Below, piece after piece: positions 26,646 through 35,472 of a stretch of DNA of 57,410 bases. The position numbers and the translations under genes are program-made. The notes below the pieces were generated by a model, which saw only the letters and a list, made by a program, of their open reading frames with translations, had not been told where the DNA came from and ran no database searches. Position 1 is the stretch's first letter, and the number at the start of each line of letters is the position of its first letter. Source of the DNA: Candidatus Woesearchaeota archaeon (GTDB taxonomy: Archaea > Nanobdellota > Nanobdellia > Pacearchaeales > GW2011-AR1). The stretch lies in NCBI GenBank assembly GCA_964490795.1, contig CAZBDY010000004.1, forward strand, positions 1 to 57,410. Reading direction: 5' to 3'.

Positions 26646-27570
26646 TCTTAAAATCTTTAATTTTTCTTTTGCTATGTTCCTGAATCAATTTTTTTGCTTT
26701 TGAAATATGCTGTTTTGATTTAATTAAAGCAGTTGGGCCAGGTTGTTGAGGGATTATTAATAAATTATTTTTCCTTTTTCCTTTTTCCAGAATTTTGTTT
26801 TCTTTTTCATCTCTTCCTAAAATAATCTCTGAATTATAAAAATGTCTTCCTATTGATAATAACTGAATATCTCTATATGTGAGATTTGGTTTTTTTAATA
26901 TTTTGGAAAGTTTTTTACAATATCCCTTTTCACATAATAAACAGCCTCCTGCTGGATGAGGGAAATCTATATTGAATTCTTTAGCTAACTTAATTTGTTT
27001 TTTTCTCTGTCTTCCCTGTATTCCAAGCAAGTTATTTCTGTTAATTACCCCTTTTTTTTCATAATCTGTTTTATCAAGTTTTAATGCTGATAAAGGTCTT
27101 AATATCTTGTTTTCTAAACCTGATTGTTTTTCCACTATTTTTAGTGCTTTTTTATGTTGGCTTAATGGTCTTTCTCCTAAAACCTCTCCTGTTACAATTA
27201 TGTATTTTCCTTTTTCCTTTTTTTCCAGTCTTTTTACAAGCTGATTGGCTTTTTTTAATATAAAAATATGACAGTCAATACAAGGATTTAATGCTTTTCC
27301 TGTTTTATGGTTCGGATTTTTAATTATTTTAAGATACTCTTTAAAGTTTTTTCCTTTAGTACAATCAAGGATATTTAATTTAATGCCCTGTTTTTGGCAA
27401 AACCTGAAAACACAATATTTATCTGAACAACATCCTCCTGAAAATGGCAAAACTGCTAGAAATGCTTCTACATTTTTCTTTCCTAATTGTTTTTCCATTA
27501 ATTTTACAGCTAATCTGGAATCTAATCCTCCAGATAATAAAACAAGCGATTTAACTTTTTGTTTTTCCAT
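26638..27570 (-). CDS. PP-loop ATP pyrophosphatase family protein (tRNA thiolation enzyme-like, MnmA/ThiI-related)
   Basis: PP-loop 'VLLSGGLDS', 'NPCIDCH', and later 'GGCLLCE' Cys motifs. Confidence 0.55.
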   Translation of the reverse strand: MEKQKVKSLVLLSGGLDSRLAVKLMEKQLGKKNVEAFLAVLPFSGGCCSDKYCVFRFCQKQGIKLNILDCTKGKNFKEYLKIIKNPNHKTGKALNPCIDCHIFILKKANQLVKRLEKKEKGKYIIVTGEVLGERPLSQHKKALKIVEKQSGLENKILRPLSALKLDKTDYEKKGVINRNNLLGIQGRQRKKQIKLAKEFNIDFPHPAGGCLLCEKGYCKKLSKILKKPNLTYRDIQLLSIGRHFYNSEIILGRDEKENKILEKGKRKNNLLIIPQQPGPTALIKSKQHISKAKKLIQEHSKRKIKDFKIN

Positions 27571-27603
27571 AAAATTTAGAAAAAAAGATTATTTAAAAAC
27601 TTA

Positions 27604-27894
27604 TCAGAAACAAAATGATTTTATAAATTCTTTTTTTGTTTTCTCTTGAACATTAAAATCTTCTAAAACAGCCAGTACTCTTTGAGGGATATCTACCGCA
27701 ATAGACTCGTGATTACATACAAGACATTTTCCTTGATGTAATCTAGCTCCTCCTAACTCTTCTCTTATTTTTTTTGTAACTTTATAATTTAATTTTTCTA
27801 AATTTTCATTTATCCATGAGTTAATTTCATGAAGCATACATTTTGAACATAAAGGAACAGCTTGAAATTTATTTATTATCTTTTGTTTTCTCAT
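27604..27894 (-). CDS. Hypothetical CxxC...CxxC zinc-ribbon-like protein
   Basis: 'CSKC' and 'CLVC' pairs about 45 aa apart. Confidence 0.4.
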   Translation of the reverse strand: MRKQKIINKFQAVPLCSKCMLHEINSWINENLEKLNYKVTKKIREELGGARLHQGKCLVCNHESIAVDIPQRVLAVLEDFNVQEKTKKEFIKSFCF

Positions 27895-28034
27895 TTTATT
27901 TGGATTTTTTTCTTTAATTAAATTTTTCTTTTTCAGCTATAAATTTAGGTAAAAGTTTAGATAATGGGAAATATAATTATTAAAATCAATTCCTTGGAAA
28001 AATAAAATATCTCTGTTAACCATTTTAATTTAAG

Positions 28035-28072
28035 TTCCTGTTAAGCTGTGAATTAAGAGGGCTTAACAGGAA
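28035..28072. repeat. Perfect 12-bp inverted repeat (ttcctgttaagc / gcttaacaggaa) with a 14-nt loop
   Basis: Read directly from the sequence. A third direct copy of 'ctgttaac' lies at 28013-28020. Confidence 0.9.
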
Positions 28073-28267
28073 ATATATAAGAATTTAATTCCTGCCACAC
28101 ACATATATGTAGAATTAACTTTTGATAAGCTCCACTTTTTCTTACTTATATGTGTTTTCATAAAAAAATAAGCAAAAGATTATTTAAAAACATTTGGTAT
28201 ATAAAATATATACTTCTTAGAAAAAATAAACTAAAGTTTTAAAAATTAAAAATTTTTAGTACAAGGT

Positions 28268-29221
28268 ATGGAAGAAAAAAATCAAGAGCATTTCCATGTT
28301 TTTAGTAAGGATATTGAAGATGAAGAGGTAGAACATTATGATGTTTGCATACTTGGAGGAGGGCCAGCAGGTTTAACTTCAGCTATATATGCTGCAAGAT
28401 ATGGATTACATACAGCTTTAATTAGTAAAGATGTAGGGGGCATGGCAAATCTTGCTTCAATAATTGAAAATTATCCTGGTTATAAGGGTTCAGGAATGAA
28501 ATTAATGCAAAGTTTTTATAATCAAGCAAAAAATGCTGGAACAGAATTTTTAAATTCAGAAGCAATTGATATTCATAAAGACAAAACAGGATTTATTATT
28601 GAGTTACATGATAAAAAAGTAGTCCATTCTAAAACATTAGTTATTGCTTTAGGAACAGAAAAAAGAAAATTAAATATTGAAAATGAAGATAAATATATTG
28701 GAAAAGGAATAAGTTACTGTGTTGCCTGTGATGCTCCTTTATTTAAACAAAAAGATGTGGCTGTAATTGGGGGAAGAAATTCTGCAGCCAAGGCAGCCTT
28801 AACTTTGTCAAGTATAGCTGAAAAAGTTTATATTATTTATAGACAAGGAAAGTTAAATTGTGATAAAATAGATGAAGAGAAAATTCAGAAAAAAGCAAAT
28901 ATTGAGTTAAAATTAAATTCTGTTCCAAAAAAAGTTATTGGAAAAGATTTTGTTACTGGTTTAGATATTAAAAATGAAACATTAGATGTTGAAGGAATTT
29001 TTATTGAAATTGGAAGCATGCCTGTGAAGGATATAACTACTAAATTAGGGATTAATACAGATGAAAGCGGATACATTAAAGTTAATGCAGAAATGGCAAC
29101 TAATGTAAAAGGAATATTTGCTGCTGGAGATACTATAAAGAGCAAATTAAAACAAATAGTAATATCAGCTGGACAAGGGGCTATAGCTTCTCACTCTGTT
29201 AAAGAATATTTAGAAAGATAA
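28268..29221 (+). CDS. trxB: Thioredoxin-disulfide reductase
   Basis: FAD site 'ILGGGPAGLTSAIYAAR', redox 'CVACDA', NAD(P)H site 'VIGGRNSAAKAA', C-terminal 'GIFAAGD'. Confidence 0.85.
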   Translation: MEEKNQEHFHVFSKDIEDEEVEHYDVCILGGGPAGLTSAIYAARYGLHTALISKDVGGMANLASIIENYPGYKGSGMKLMQSFYNQAKNAGTEFLNSEAIDIHKDKTGFIIELHDKKVVHSKTLVIALGTEKRKLNIENEDKYIGKGISYCVACDAPLFKQKDVAVIGGRNSAAKAALTLSSIAEKVYIIYRQGKLNCDKIDEEKIQKKANIELKLNSVPKKVIGKDFVTGLDIKNETLDVEGIFIEIGSMPVKDITTKLGINTDESGYIKVNAEMATNVKGIFAAGDTIKSKLKQIVISAGQGAIASHSVKEYLER

Positions 29222-29225
29222 GAAA

Positions 29226-30047
29226 ATGGTAAGAAATCAAATTAAAACTTTTTTATTACTGATTGTTTTAACTGGAATTTTTTTACTAGTAGGAAGTATG
29301 TGGGGAAAATCAGGACTATTGCTTGCTTTTTTATTCTCTATATTTATGAATATGGGGGCTTATTTTTATTCTGACAAGATGGTTTTGAGAATGTACAATG
29401 CCCAACAAGTTGATAAGGATACAAAAATATTTAATTTAGTTAAACAAATAGCAAAAAAAGCTAAAATTTCTACACCTAAGGTTTATATCATAAAAACTCA
29501 CACACCTAATGCCTTTGCTACCGGAAGAAACCCTGAGAATTCTTCTATTGCCTTAACTTCGGGAATAATAAATTTATTATCTGAACAAGAGTTAAAGGGG
29601 GTGATTTCACACGAAATAAGCCATATTAAAAATAGAGATACTTTAATTCAAGTAATTGCAGCCACTATTGTTTCTACTATTATGTATCTTGCTTTTATGG
29701 CAAGATTTATGGTAATATTTGGAGGAGATGAAGATTCTAATATTTTAGAATTACTTATGCTTGCCTTTATTATACCAATAGGAGCAACTTTAATCCAGTT
29801 ATGTATATCTAGAAATAGAGAATACCTGGCAGATGAATCTGGAGCAAAATTAAGTAGTGGAAAATATTTGGCTGATGCTTTACAAAAATTAGAAAGAGGA
29901 AATAAAGTTAATCCATTAAAAAAAGGAAATAAAGCCACTTCTTCTTTATTTATAGTTAACCCTTTTTCTTACTCTGGTTTTTTAACTTTGCTTTCTACTC
30001 ATCCTAAAGTGGGAGATAGAATTAAGAGGTTGAGAGAGATAAATTAA
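29226..30047 (+). CDS. htpX: HtpX-family M48 zinc metalloprotease
   Basis: TM helices plus 'HEISHIKNRD' (HExxH) and 'EYLADESGA'. Confidence 0.85.
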   Translation: MVRNQIKTFLLLIVLTGIFLLVGSMWGKSGLLLAFLFSIFMNMGAYFYSDKMVLRMYNAQQVDKDTKIFNLVKQIAKKAKISTPKVYIIKTHTPNAFATGRNPENSSIALTSGIINLLSEQELKGVISHEISHIKNRDTLIQVIAATIVSTIMYLAFMARFMVIFGGDEDSNILELLMLAFIIPIGATLIQLCISRNREYLADESGAKLSSGKYLADALQKLERGNKVNPLKKGNKATSSLFIVNPFSYSGFLTLLSTHPKVGDRIKRLREIN

Positions 30048-30048
30048 T

Positions 30049-31080
30049 ATGAATCTTCCATATATAACTAAAGAAAAAGGGATTGGAGGAAAAATAAAAG
30101 AAAAATTAGAATATTTTAAAGTTGATGAAGTTATGTTATATCCTTGTTCTGGAAATGGAGAACATTTGTTTATTAATATCACCAAAAAAAATTTAACAAG
30201 CAAGCAAATTCAAAAAATTTTATCTGAAAAGTTTAATTTACAATTAAGAGATATAGGCCTGGCAGGATTAAAAGACAAGCATTCTATTTCTTCTCAGGTT
30301 TTTAGTTTGAATTTAAAAGGAAAGAAAATAGATGAAAAAGAAGTTAAAGAAAAAACAGAAGAAAAAAATATTAAATTTAACTGGATGAAATACCATAATA
30401 ATAAACTAAAACCAGGACATTTGTTAGGAAATAATTTTGAAGTTATTATTTCTGACTTAAAATTAGATGAAAATAACAAAAATAATTTTAAAAAAGTTAT
30501 TTCTGAAATTAAAGAGAAGGGAATCCCTAATTATTATGGAAAACAAAGATTTGGGATAAATCAAGATAATTGGAAAAAAGGAAAACAAATAATAAAAGAT
30601 AATTTTAATATTAGAGAAAAATGGTTAAGGAAATTTTTAATTTCTTCATACCAGAGTTATTTATTTAATAACTATTTATCTGAAAGAATAAATAAAAGAT
30701 TATTTGGCAAAATTTTGGTAGGAGATATTGTTAAAAAACATGATACTGGAGGGGTATTTATTGTTGAAGAAAAAAATTATGAACAAGAAAAAAAGAGATT
30801 TGATAATAAAGAGATTTCTTTTACCTGCCCTATATACGGGAAAAAGATGAAAAAAGCAGAAAGACTGGCAGAAAAATTAGAACAAGAGATATTAGAAAAA
30901 GAAAAATTAACTGAAAAAGATTTACAAAAATTAGGAAGAGGTTCAAGAAGAATAGGAAGAATTTTTCCTGGAAAATTAAAATTTAAGTTATTGGGAAAAG
31001 GAAAAATAAAATTATCTTTCTTTTTACAAAAAGGAAGTTTTGCTACTGTTTTATTAAGAGAGATAATGAAAAATAATTAA
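30049..31080 (+). CDS. truD: tRNA pseudouridine(13) synthase TruD/Pus7 family
   Basis: 'GLAGLKDKHSISSQ' (catalytic Asp region), 'GIPNYYGKQRFG', 'GSFATVLLREIM'. Confidence 0.8.
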   Translation: MNLPYITKEKGIGGKIKEKLEYFKVDEVMLYPCSGNGEHLFINITKKNLTSKQIQKILSEKFNLQLRDIGLAGLKDKHSISSQVFSLNLKGKKIDEKEVKEKTEEKNIKFNWMKYHNNKLKPGHLLGNNFEVIISDLKLDENNKNNFKKVISEIKEKGIPNYYGKQRFGINQDNWKKGKQIIKDNFNIREKWLRKFLISSYQSYLFNNYLSERINKRLFGKILVGDIVKKHDTGGVFIVEEKNYEQEKKRFDNKEISFTCPIYGKKMKKAERLAEKLEQEILEKEKLTEKDLQKLGRGSRRIGRIFPGKLKFKLLGKGKIKLSFFLQKGSFATVLLREIMKNN

Positions 31081-31113
31081 GTTTAAAAATATTAAATTAT
31101 TTTAATAATAAAA

Positions 31114-31281
31114 ATGGTGAAAATAAACAAAGATACTTGTATTGGATGTGGTGCTTGTGAATCTGTTTGTCCTGAAGTTTTTGAAATGAAAGATGGGAAA
31201 GCAAGAGTTAAAAAACAAAGTAAAGAGAAATGTGTAAAAGAAGCAGAAGATTCTTGCCCTGTTGATGCTATAAGTATTTAG
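31114..31281 (+). CDS. Small single-cluster ferredoxin (55 aa); not in the supplied ORF track
   Basis: Hand translation: MVKINKDTCIGCGACESVCPEVFEMKDGKARVKKQSKEKCVKEAEDSCPVDAISI. Contains CxxCxxC...CP. Confidence 0.7.
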   Translation: MVKINKDTCIGCGACESVCPEVFEMKDGKARVKKQSKEKCVKEAEDSCPVDAISI

Positions 31282-31337
31282 GTTAAGTAGTAAAAAAACA
31301 GAGGAAAGTTTAAATATTTCTGTTTATTTTTAGAATC

Positions 31338-31742
31338 ATGAAAAACAAAATACTAATCCTGCTTAGTATATCTTTAATATTAAATCTATTTCTAGTTAGT
31401 GCTGATTTTGAGTATAGTGAAGAGTTTGATGTTTATTCAAGACAATATGATACTTGGATTTATAATATGGATATTGATGATGAAGATGTGAAAGTAGTTG
31501 TCAGTCATAGATGGAGTTCTCCTAAATATGAGTATGAGTATGAAACTGAAAGTGATTTTGCTTTTCATTATGGAGATAAAATTACCTGGAATAGATACGG
31601 ATTTTCTGATGAATTTTATAAACCTTCAAGAGAGTCTTATGATATTGGCAGAAAATTAGTTGATTTATTTGATGATAATAGATATAGAAGATATTCTGGA
31701 TATTCTTATTCTAGAGGTGTTTATTATAGAAATTACTGGTAG
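31338..31742 (+). CDS. Secreted Tyr/Asp/Glu-rich hypothetical protein
   Basis: Signal-peptide-like 'MKNKILILLSISLILNLFLVSA'. Confidence 0.4.
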   Translation: MKNKILILLSISLILNLFLVSADFEYSEEFDVYSRQYDTWIYNMDIDDEDVKVVVSHRWSSPKYEYEYETESDFAFHYGDKITWNRYGFSDEFYKPSRESYDIGRKLVDLFDDNRYRRYSGYSYSRGVYYRNYW

Positions 31743-31809
31743 TGTTTTTAGTAAAATTAGAAAGATTTATAAGTGTAGTTAACTATTGTTAACAATAAAA
31801 GGAGAAAAA

Positions 31810-32181
31810 ATGTATTTATTACCACAAGAAATAGAAGTTTGGTATATAATTCCTGCTATAAGAAGAGAGTTATCTAAAATTTTCACTAAAAAATATGGGT
31901 GGAGTTATGAAAAAGCAGGAAATATTTTGGGGGTTAGTAAGGCAGCTGTTTCTCAATATTTGAAAAATAAGAGGGCCAAATCAGTTAAATTTCCATTAAA
32001 AATAAAAAAACAAATTGAGAAGTCTGCAGAAAAAATAAGGAAAAATGAAAGAGTTGTTGTAAAAGAGATAATGAGGTTGATAGATGAGATGAAAAAAACA
32101 AGATGTTCTTGCAAGGTATGTGAAAAATATAATAAAGGAATATTAAAAATTTGTAAACAACACCCAATCAAAAGAAAATGA
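31810..32181 (+). CDS. HTH transcriptional regulator with C-terminal Cys cluster
   Basis: HTH 'AGNILGVSKAAVSQYLKNKR'. C-terminal 'CSCKVCEKYNKGILKICKQH'. Started at the ATG preceded by 'aaaggagaaaaaATG'; the track start 31786 is a TTG. Confidence 0.6.
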   Translation: MYLLPQEIEVWYIIPAIRRELSKIFTKKYGWSYEKAGNILGVSKAAVSQYLKNKRAKSVKFPLKIKKQIEKSAEKIRKNERVVVKEIMRLIDEMKKTRCSCKVCEKYNKGILKICKQHPIKRK

Positions 32182-32528
32182 GAGCTGAAATTTATAACAA
32201 TGGAGAGATGATTTTTTTAGAAGGTAATTTAAAATTAGAAGTAAAAAAACCAAGTCCGGTTGATAATATTGAAGTTAGATTAAGTGAAAGCCATGAAAAT
32301 AAAGAAGTTTCATGTGCTCTTGGATGGTTTGAATCAGAAGATACAGCAAGGGACTATGCTAAATTGTGGGAAAGAGTATTAAATAAAGAGTATGAAGATG
32401 TAAGAAGTTTAGTTCAGATATCAGATAATGGAGAAACACAATACAGAGTTATTTATAGAGATGGAAGACAAGAAAAATTAAAGGATTTTGCAGGTTTAAA
32501 AGCCAGACTTGAGGGAGATAAAAAATGA
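32178..32528 (+). CDS. Hypothetical protein (116 aa)
   Basis: ORF overlapping both neighbours by 4 nt. No motif recognised. Confidence 0.4.
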   Translation: MRAEIYNNGEMIFLEGNLKLEVKKPSPVDNIEVRLSESHENKEVSCALGWFESEDTARDYAKLWERVLNKEYEDVRSLVQISDNGETQYRVIYRDGRQEKLKDFAGLKARLEGDKK

Positions 32529-33700
32529 AAAGAATTTATCTAGATAATGCAGCTACAACAAAAGTAGATGAGAATGTTATTGATTTGATGAATAAATTTC
32601 ATAGTGAGAAGTATGGGAATGCTTCATCTATGCATCAAAAAGGGCAGGAGGCATATATGGAATTAGAACAGGCAAGAGAGGTAATAGCTAAATCAATTAA
32701 TTCAAGATCAGATGAAATTATTTTTACTTCAGGAGGAACTGAATCAAATAATTTCGCAATTAAAGGTGTTGCTTTTAAAAATTTAGAGATAACAGATAAA
32801 AAAGGACATATTATAACTACTAAAATAGAACATGATTGTGTTTTAAATTCCTGTAAGTGGTTAGAAAAACAGGGATGGAAAGTAACATATTTAGATGTTG
32901 ATAAAGAAGGATTTATTAATATTAATGATTTAAAAAATAAAATTAAAGAAGATACTTTTTTAGTTTCAATTATACATGGAAACAATGAAATAGGAACTAT
33001 TCAGGATTTAGAAAAAATTGGTAAAATTTGTAGTGAGAAAAAAATTTATTTTCATACAGATGCTTGTCAATCATTTACAAAAGTAGAGATAGATGTAAAA
33101 AAACAAAATTTAGATTTAGTAACTTTAAATAGCCATAAAATTCACGGACCAAAAGGAGTTGGAGCTTTATACATTAAAAATGGAGTTAAGATTTATGAAT
33201 GGCAAAATGGAGGAGGACAGGAGAAGAATATGAGAAGTGGGACATATAATGTTCCTGGAATTGTTGGTTTTGCAAGAGCTGTAAAAAATGTGAATAAAAG
33301 AGATGTAAAAAAAATGGAAAAATTAAGAATCTTACTAATTTCAGGACTAAGAAAAATTCCAGGAAGCAAGTTAAATGGGCCAAAAGAAAAGAGATTATGC
33401 AATAATATCAATTTTTCATTTGAAAATGTGGAAGGAGAGGCATTAGGAGGATATTTAGATGCTGAAGGGATTTCAAGTTCAACTGGAAGTGCCTGTTCAT
33501 CAAAGTCATTAGAACCAAGCCATGTTTTAACTGCTATTGGTCTAAAACCAGAGTTAAGTCATGGTTCAGTAAGAATATCATTAAGTAAATATAATTCTCA
33601 AGAGGAAATAGAAAAAGTTTTATATGTAATCCCAAAAGTAGTAGAAAAATTAAGAAAAATATCTCCTTTTGAAAAAATAGTAAATAAATTAGTAAAATAG
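32525..33700 (+). CDS. Cysteine desulfurase (NifS/IscS type)
   Basis: 'NASSMHQKGQEA', PLP-Lys 'LNSHKIHGPKGVGALY', active-site loop 'SSSTGSACSS'. Confidence 0.9.
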   Translation: MKRIYLDNAATTKVDENVIDLMNKFHSEKYGNASSMHQKGQEAYMELEQAREVIAKSINSRSDEIIFTSGGTESNNFAIKGVAFKNLEITDKKGHIITTKIEHDCVLNSCKWLEKQGWKVTYLDVDKEGFININDLKNKIKEDTFLVSIIHGNNEIGTIQDLEKIGKICSEKKIYFHTDACQSFTKVEIDVKKQNLDLVTLNSHKIHGPKGVGALYIKNGVKIYEWQNGGGQEKNMRSGTYNVPGIVGFARAVKNVNKRDVKKMEKLRILLISGLRKIPGSKLNGPKEKRLCNNINFSFENVEGEALGGYLDAEGISSSTGSACSSKSLEPSHVLTAIGLKPELSHGSVRISLSKYNSQEEIEKVLYVIPKVVEKLRKISPFEKIVNKLVK

Positions 33701-33709
33701 GAGGAAAAA

Positions 33710-33760
33710 ATGAGAAAAAATTGCAAATGCAAGGTGTGTAAATGTAACCCATGTAAATGA
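33710..33760 (+). CDS. 16-aa Cys-rich micro-ORF (MRKNCKCKVCKCNPCK)
   Basis: Hand translation. SD 'taggaggaaaaaATG' spaced as in clearly expressed genes of this window. 6 Cys in 16 residues. Confidence 0.35.
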   Translation: MRKNCKCKVCKCNPCK

Positions 33761-33764
33761 TAAA

Positions 33765-34070
33765 ATGAGAATGTGGAATCTAAATCCAAGAAAGATGTGT
33801 AATCAACATCTATTAGGAGAGCATGTAGAACTTCATATGTTTGTAGGATGTATAAATAAAAAAATAAAATTAAAGGGATATGTTAATAAGGGGTTAGTGG
33901 AAATTCATAATATTAAAAAAAGACATTTTCAGATAGCTAAAGAAATGATAAGAAGAGAATTTAATCATAACTCAGAACTTCCAAAATTTAAGGTATTTAA
34001 GGCTGGCAAAATAAATACAATATTAAATAAAAAAGAATTAAACAAAAGATGTAAGAAGTGTTTTAAATGA
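33765..34070 (+). CDS. Short T4 endonuclease V (DenV)/pyrimidine-dimer glycosylase-like protein
   Basis: 'NLNPRKMCNQHLLGEHVELHMFVG' parallels T4 endoV '[25 protein letters not shown]', including the catalytic Glu position. Later 'KEMIRREFNHN' parallels 'AECLKRGFNIK'. 101 aa versus 138. Confidence 0.5.
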   Translation: MRMWNLNPRKMCNQHLLGEHVELHMFVGCINKKIKLKGYVNKGLVEIHNIKKRHFQIAKEMIRREFNHNSELPKFKVFKAGKINTILNKKELNKRCKKCFK

Positions 34071-34285
34071 AAAAAATAAAAAAAGACATGAGTTTTTCAG
34101 AGGTATTAGATAAGTATCCTGAAGCTGGAGAAATTTTATTAAAAAAAGGGTTAGGTTGTATTGGTTGTCCTATGGCTATGATGGAGACAATAGAAGAGGG
34201 CTGCATAGCCCATGGATTAAATCCAGATAAAATTGTTGATGAGTTAAATAAAAAAATTAAGAAAAATGAAACAAGAAATGAATAA
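34067..34285 (+). CDS. DUF1858 / hybrid-cluster-associated redox disulfide domain protein
   Basis: 'MSFSEVLDKYPEAGEILLKKGLGCIGCPMAMMETIEEGCIAHG' is the family signature. Confidence 0.7.
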   Translation: MKKIKKDMSFSEVLDKYPEAGEILLKKGLGCIGCPMAMMETIEEGCIAHGLNPDKIVDELNKKIKKNETRNE

Positions 34286-34676
34286 ATTCGGAGCATATAC
34301 AAAAAAAGTTATGGAACATTTTATGAATCCAAAAAATGTTGGGGAATTGAAGAATCCAGATGGAGTCGGAAAAGTAGGAAATAAAATTTGCGGGGATGTT
34401 ATGTATGTTTATATTAAGGTTGGAGTAAAAAAAAATAAGAAAAAATATATAAAAGATATTAGCTTTAAAACACTGGGATGTGCTGCAGCTATTGCAACAT
34501 CTTCAATGATAACTGAGTTAGCTAAGGGAAAAACACTAGAAAAAGCAAAAAAACTAACAAGAGATGAGGTTGCTGATGCTTTAGGAAAGCTTCCTCCTAT
34601 AAAAATGCATTGTTCTAATCTTGCTGCAGAGGCCTTACATAAAGCAATTGAAAATTATGAGAAAAATTCAAAATGA
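34266..34676 (+). CDS. iscU: Fe-S cluster scaffold IscU/NifU N-terminal type
   Basis: 'NPKNVGEL', 'CGDVMYVYIKV', 'TLGCAAAIATSS', 'MHCSNLAAEAL' (three cluster Cys). Confidence 0.85.
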   Translation: MKQEMNKFGAYTKKVMEHFMNPKNVGELKNPDGVGKVGNKICGDVMYVYIKVGVKKNKKKYIKDISFKTLGCAAAIATSSMITELAKGKTLEKAKKLTRDEVADALGKLPPIKMHCSNLAAEALHKAIENYEKNSK

Positions 34677-34770
34677 AAAATAAAAATCTATGAAACTATG
34701 ATTAAAAAAAGAACTATAAGAAAATTTAAGAACATTGTATATATAAATAAATTTTAATTTAGGAGGCAAA

Positions 34771-35082
34771 ATGGAAGAACAATATAAAAAAATCTGGAAA
34801 AAAAAGGATGAATCTGATGTAAAGGAGAAACATGTTCCTGTTGTTAATGTAGAAGAAGGAGAAGAGATAAAAATTGAGGTTAAGATTGGAGATACAGAAC
34901 ATCCAATGGAAAAAGAACATTTTATCCAGTGGATAGAAGTTTTAGATGGAGAAAGAAGTATTGAGAAAATATATCTCTCTCCTTTATCAAAACCAAAAGT
35001 TACTTTTTATTTAAAACAAAAACCTGAAAATTTAAAAGTTAGAGAGTTTTGCAATCTTCATGGGTTTTGGCAATATGAATAA
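34771..35082 (+). CDS. Superoxide reductase (1Fe-SOR / neelaredoxin type)
   Basis: 'EKHVPVV', 'HPMEKEHFIQWIEV' and 'CNLHGFW' match the P. furiosus SOR ligand pattern. Strong SD. Confidence 0.8.
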   Translation: MEEQYKKIWKKKDESDVKEKHVPVVNVEEGEEIKIEVKIGDTEHPMEKEHFIQWIEVLDGERSIEKIYLSPLSKPKVTFYLKQKPENLKVREFCNLHGFWQYE

Positions 35083-35108
35083 AACTAAATTTTAAATTAG
35101 GAGGTAAA

Positions 35109-35342
35109 ATGGCAAATATAAAAATTTATTCAACACCTACATGCCCTTATTGTGACATGGCTAAAAATTATTTAAAAGAAAAAAATATAGAATTTGAAGA
35201 CATTAATGTAGCTGAAAATTCAGAAAAAGCAAGAGAGATGATGGAAAAAACAAGGCAAATGGGAGTTCCAGTTATAGCTATTGATGGCGAGATGATAGTT
35301 GGTTTTAATAAGAATAAGATTGATGAGTTGTTGAATTTATGA
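35109..35342 (+). CDS. Glutaredoxin/NrdH-like small redoxin
   Basis: 'IKIYSTPTCPYCDMAK', cis-Pro 'GVPVIAIDG'. Strong SD. Confidence 0.8.
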   Translation: MANIKIYSTPTCPYCDMAKNYLKEKNIEFEDINVAENSEKAREMMEKTRQMGVPVIAIDGEMIVGFNKNKIDELLNL

Positions 35343-35472
35343 AAATAATTTGAGGGTTGTAAAAATAAAGATAATGTTCTTTATATTTTAACAGAACAAG
35401 AGGAATTTTCTGAAAAAGAAATATAAAAACATAAGATTTATAAGAATTAATTTTGTTTTAATAATAAGGAAA

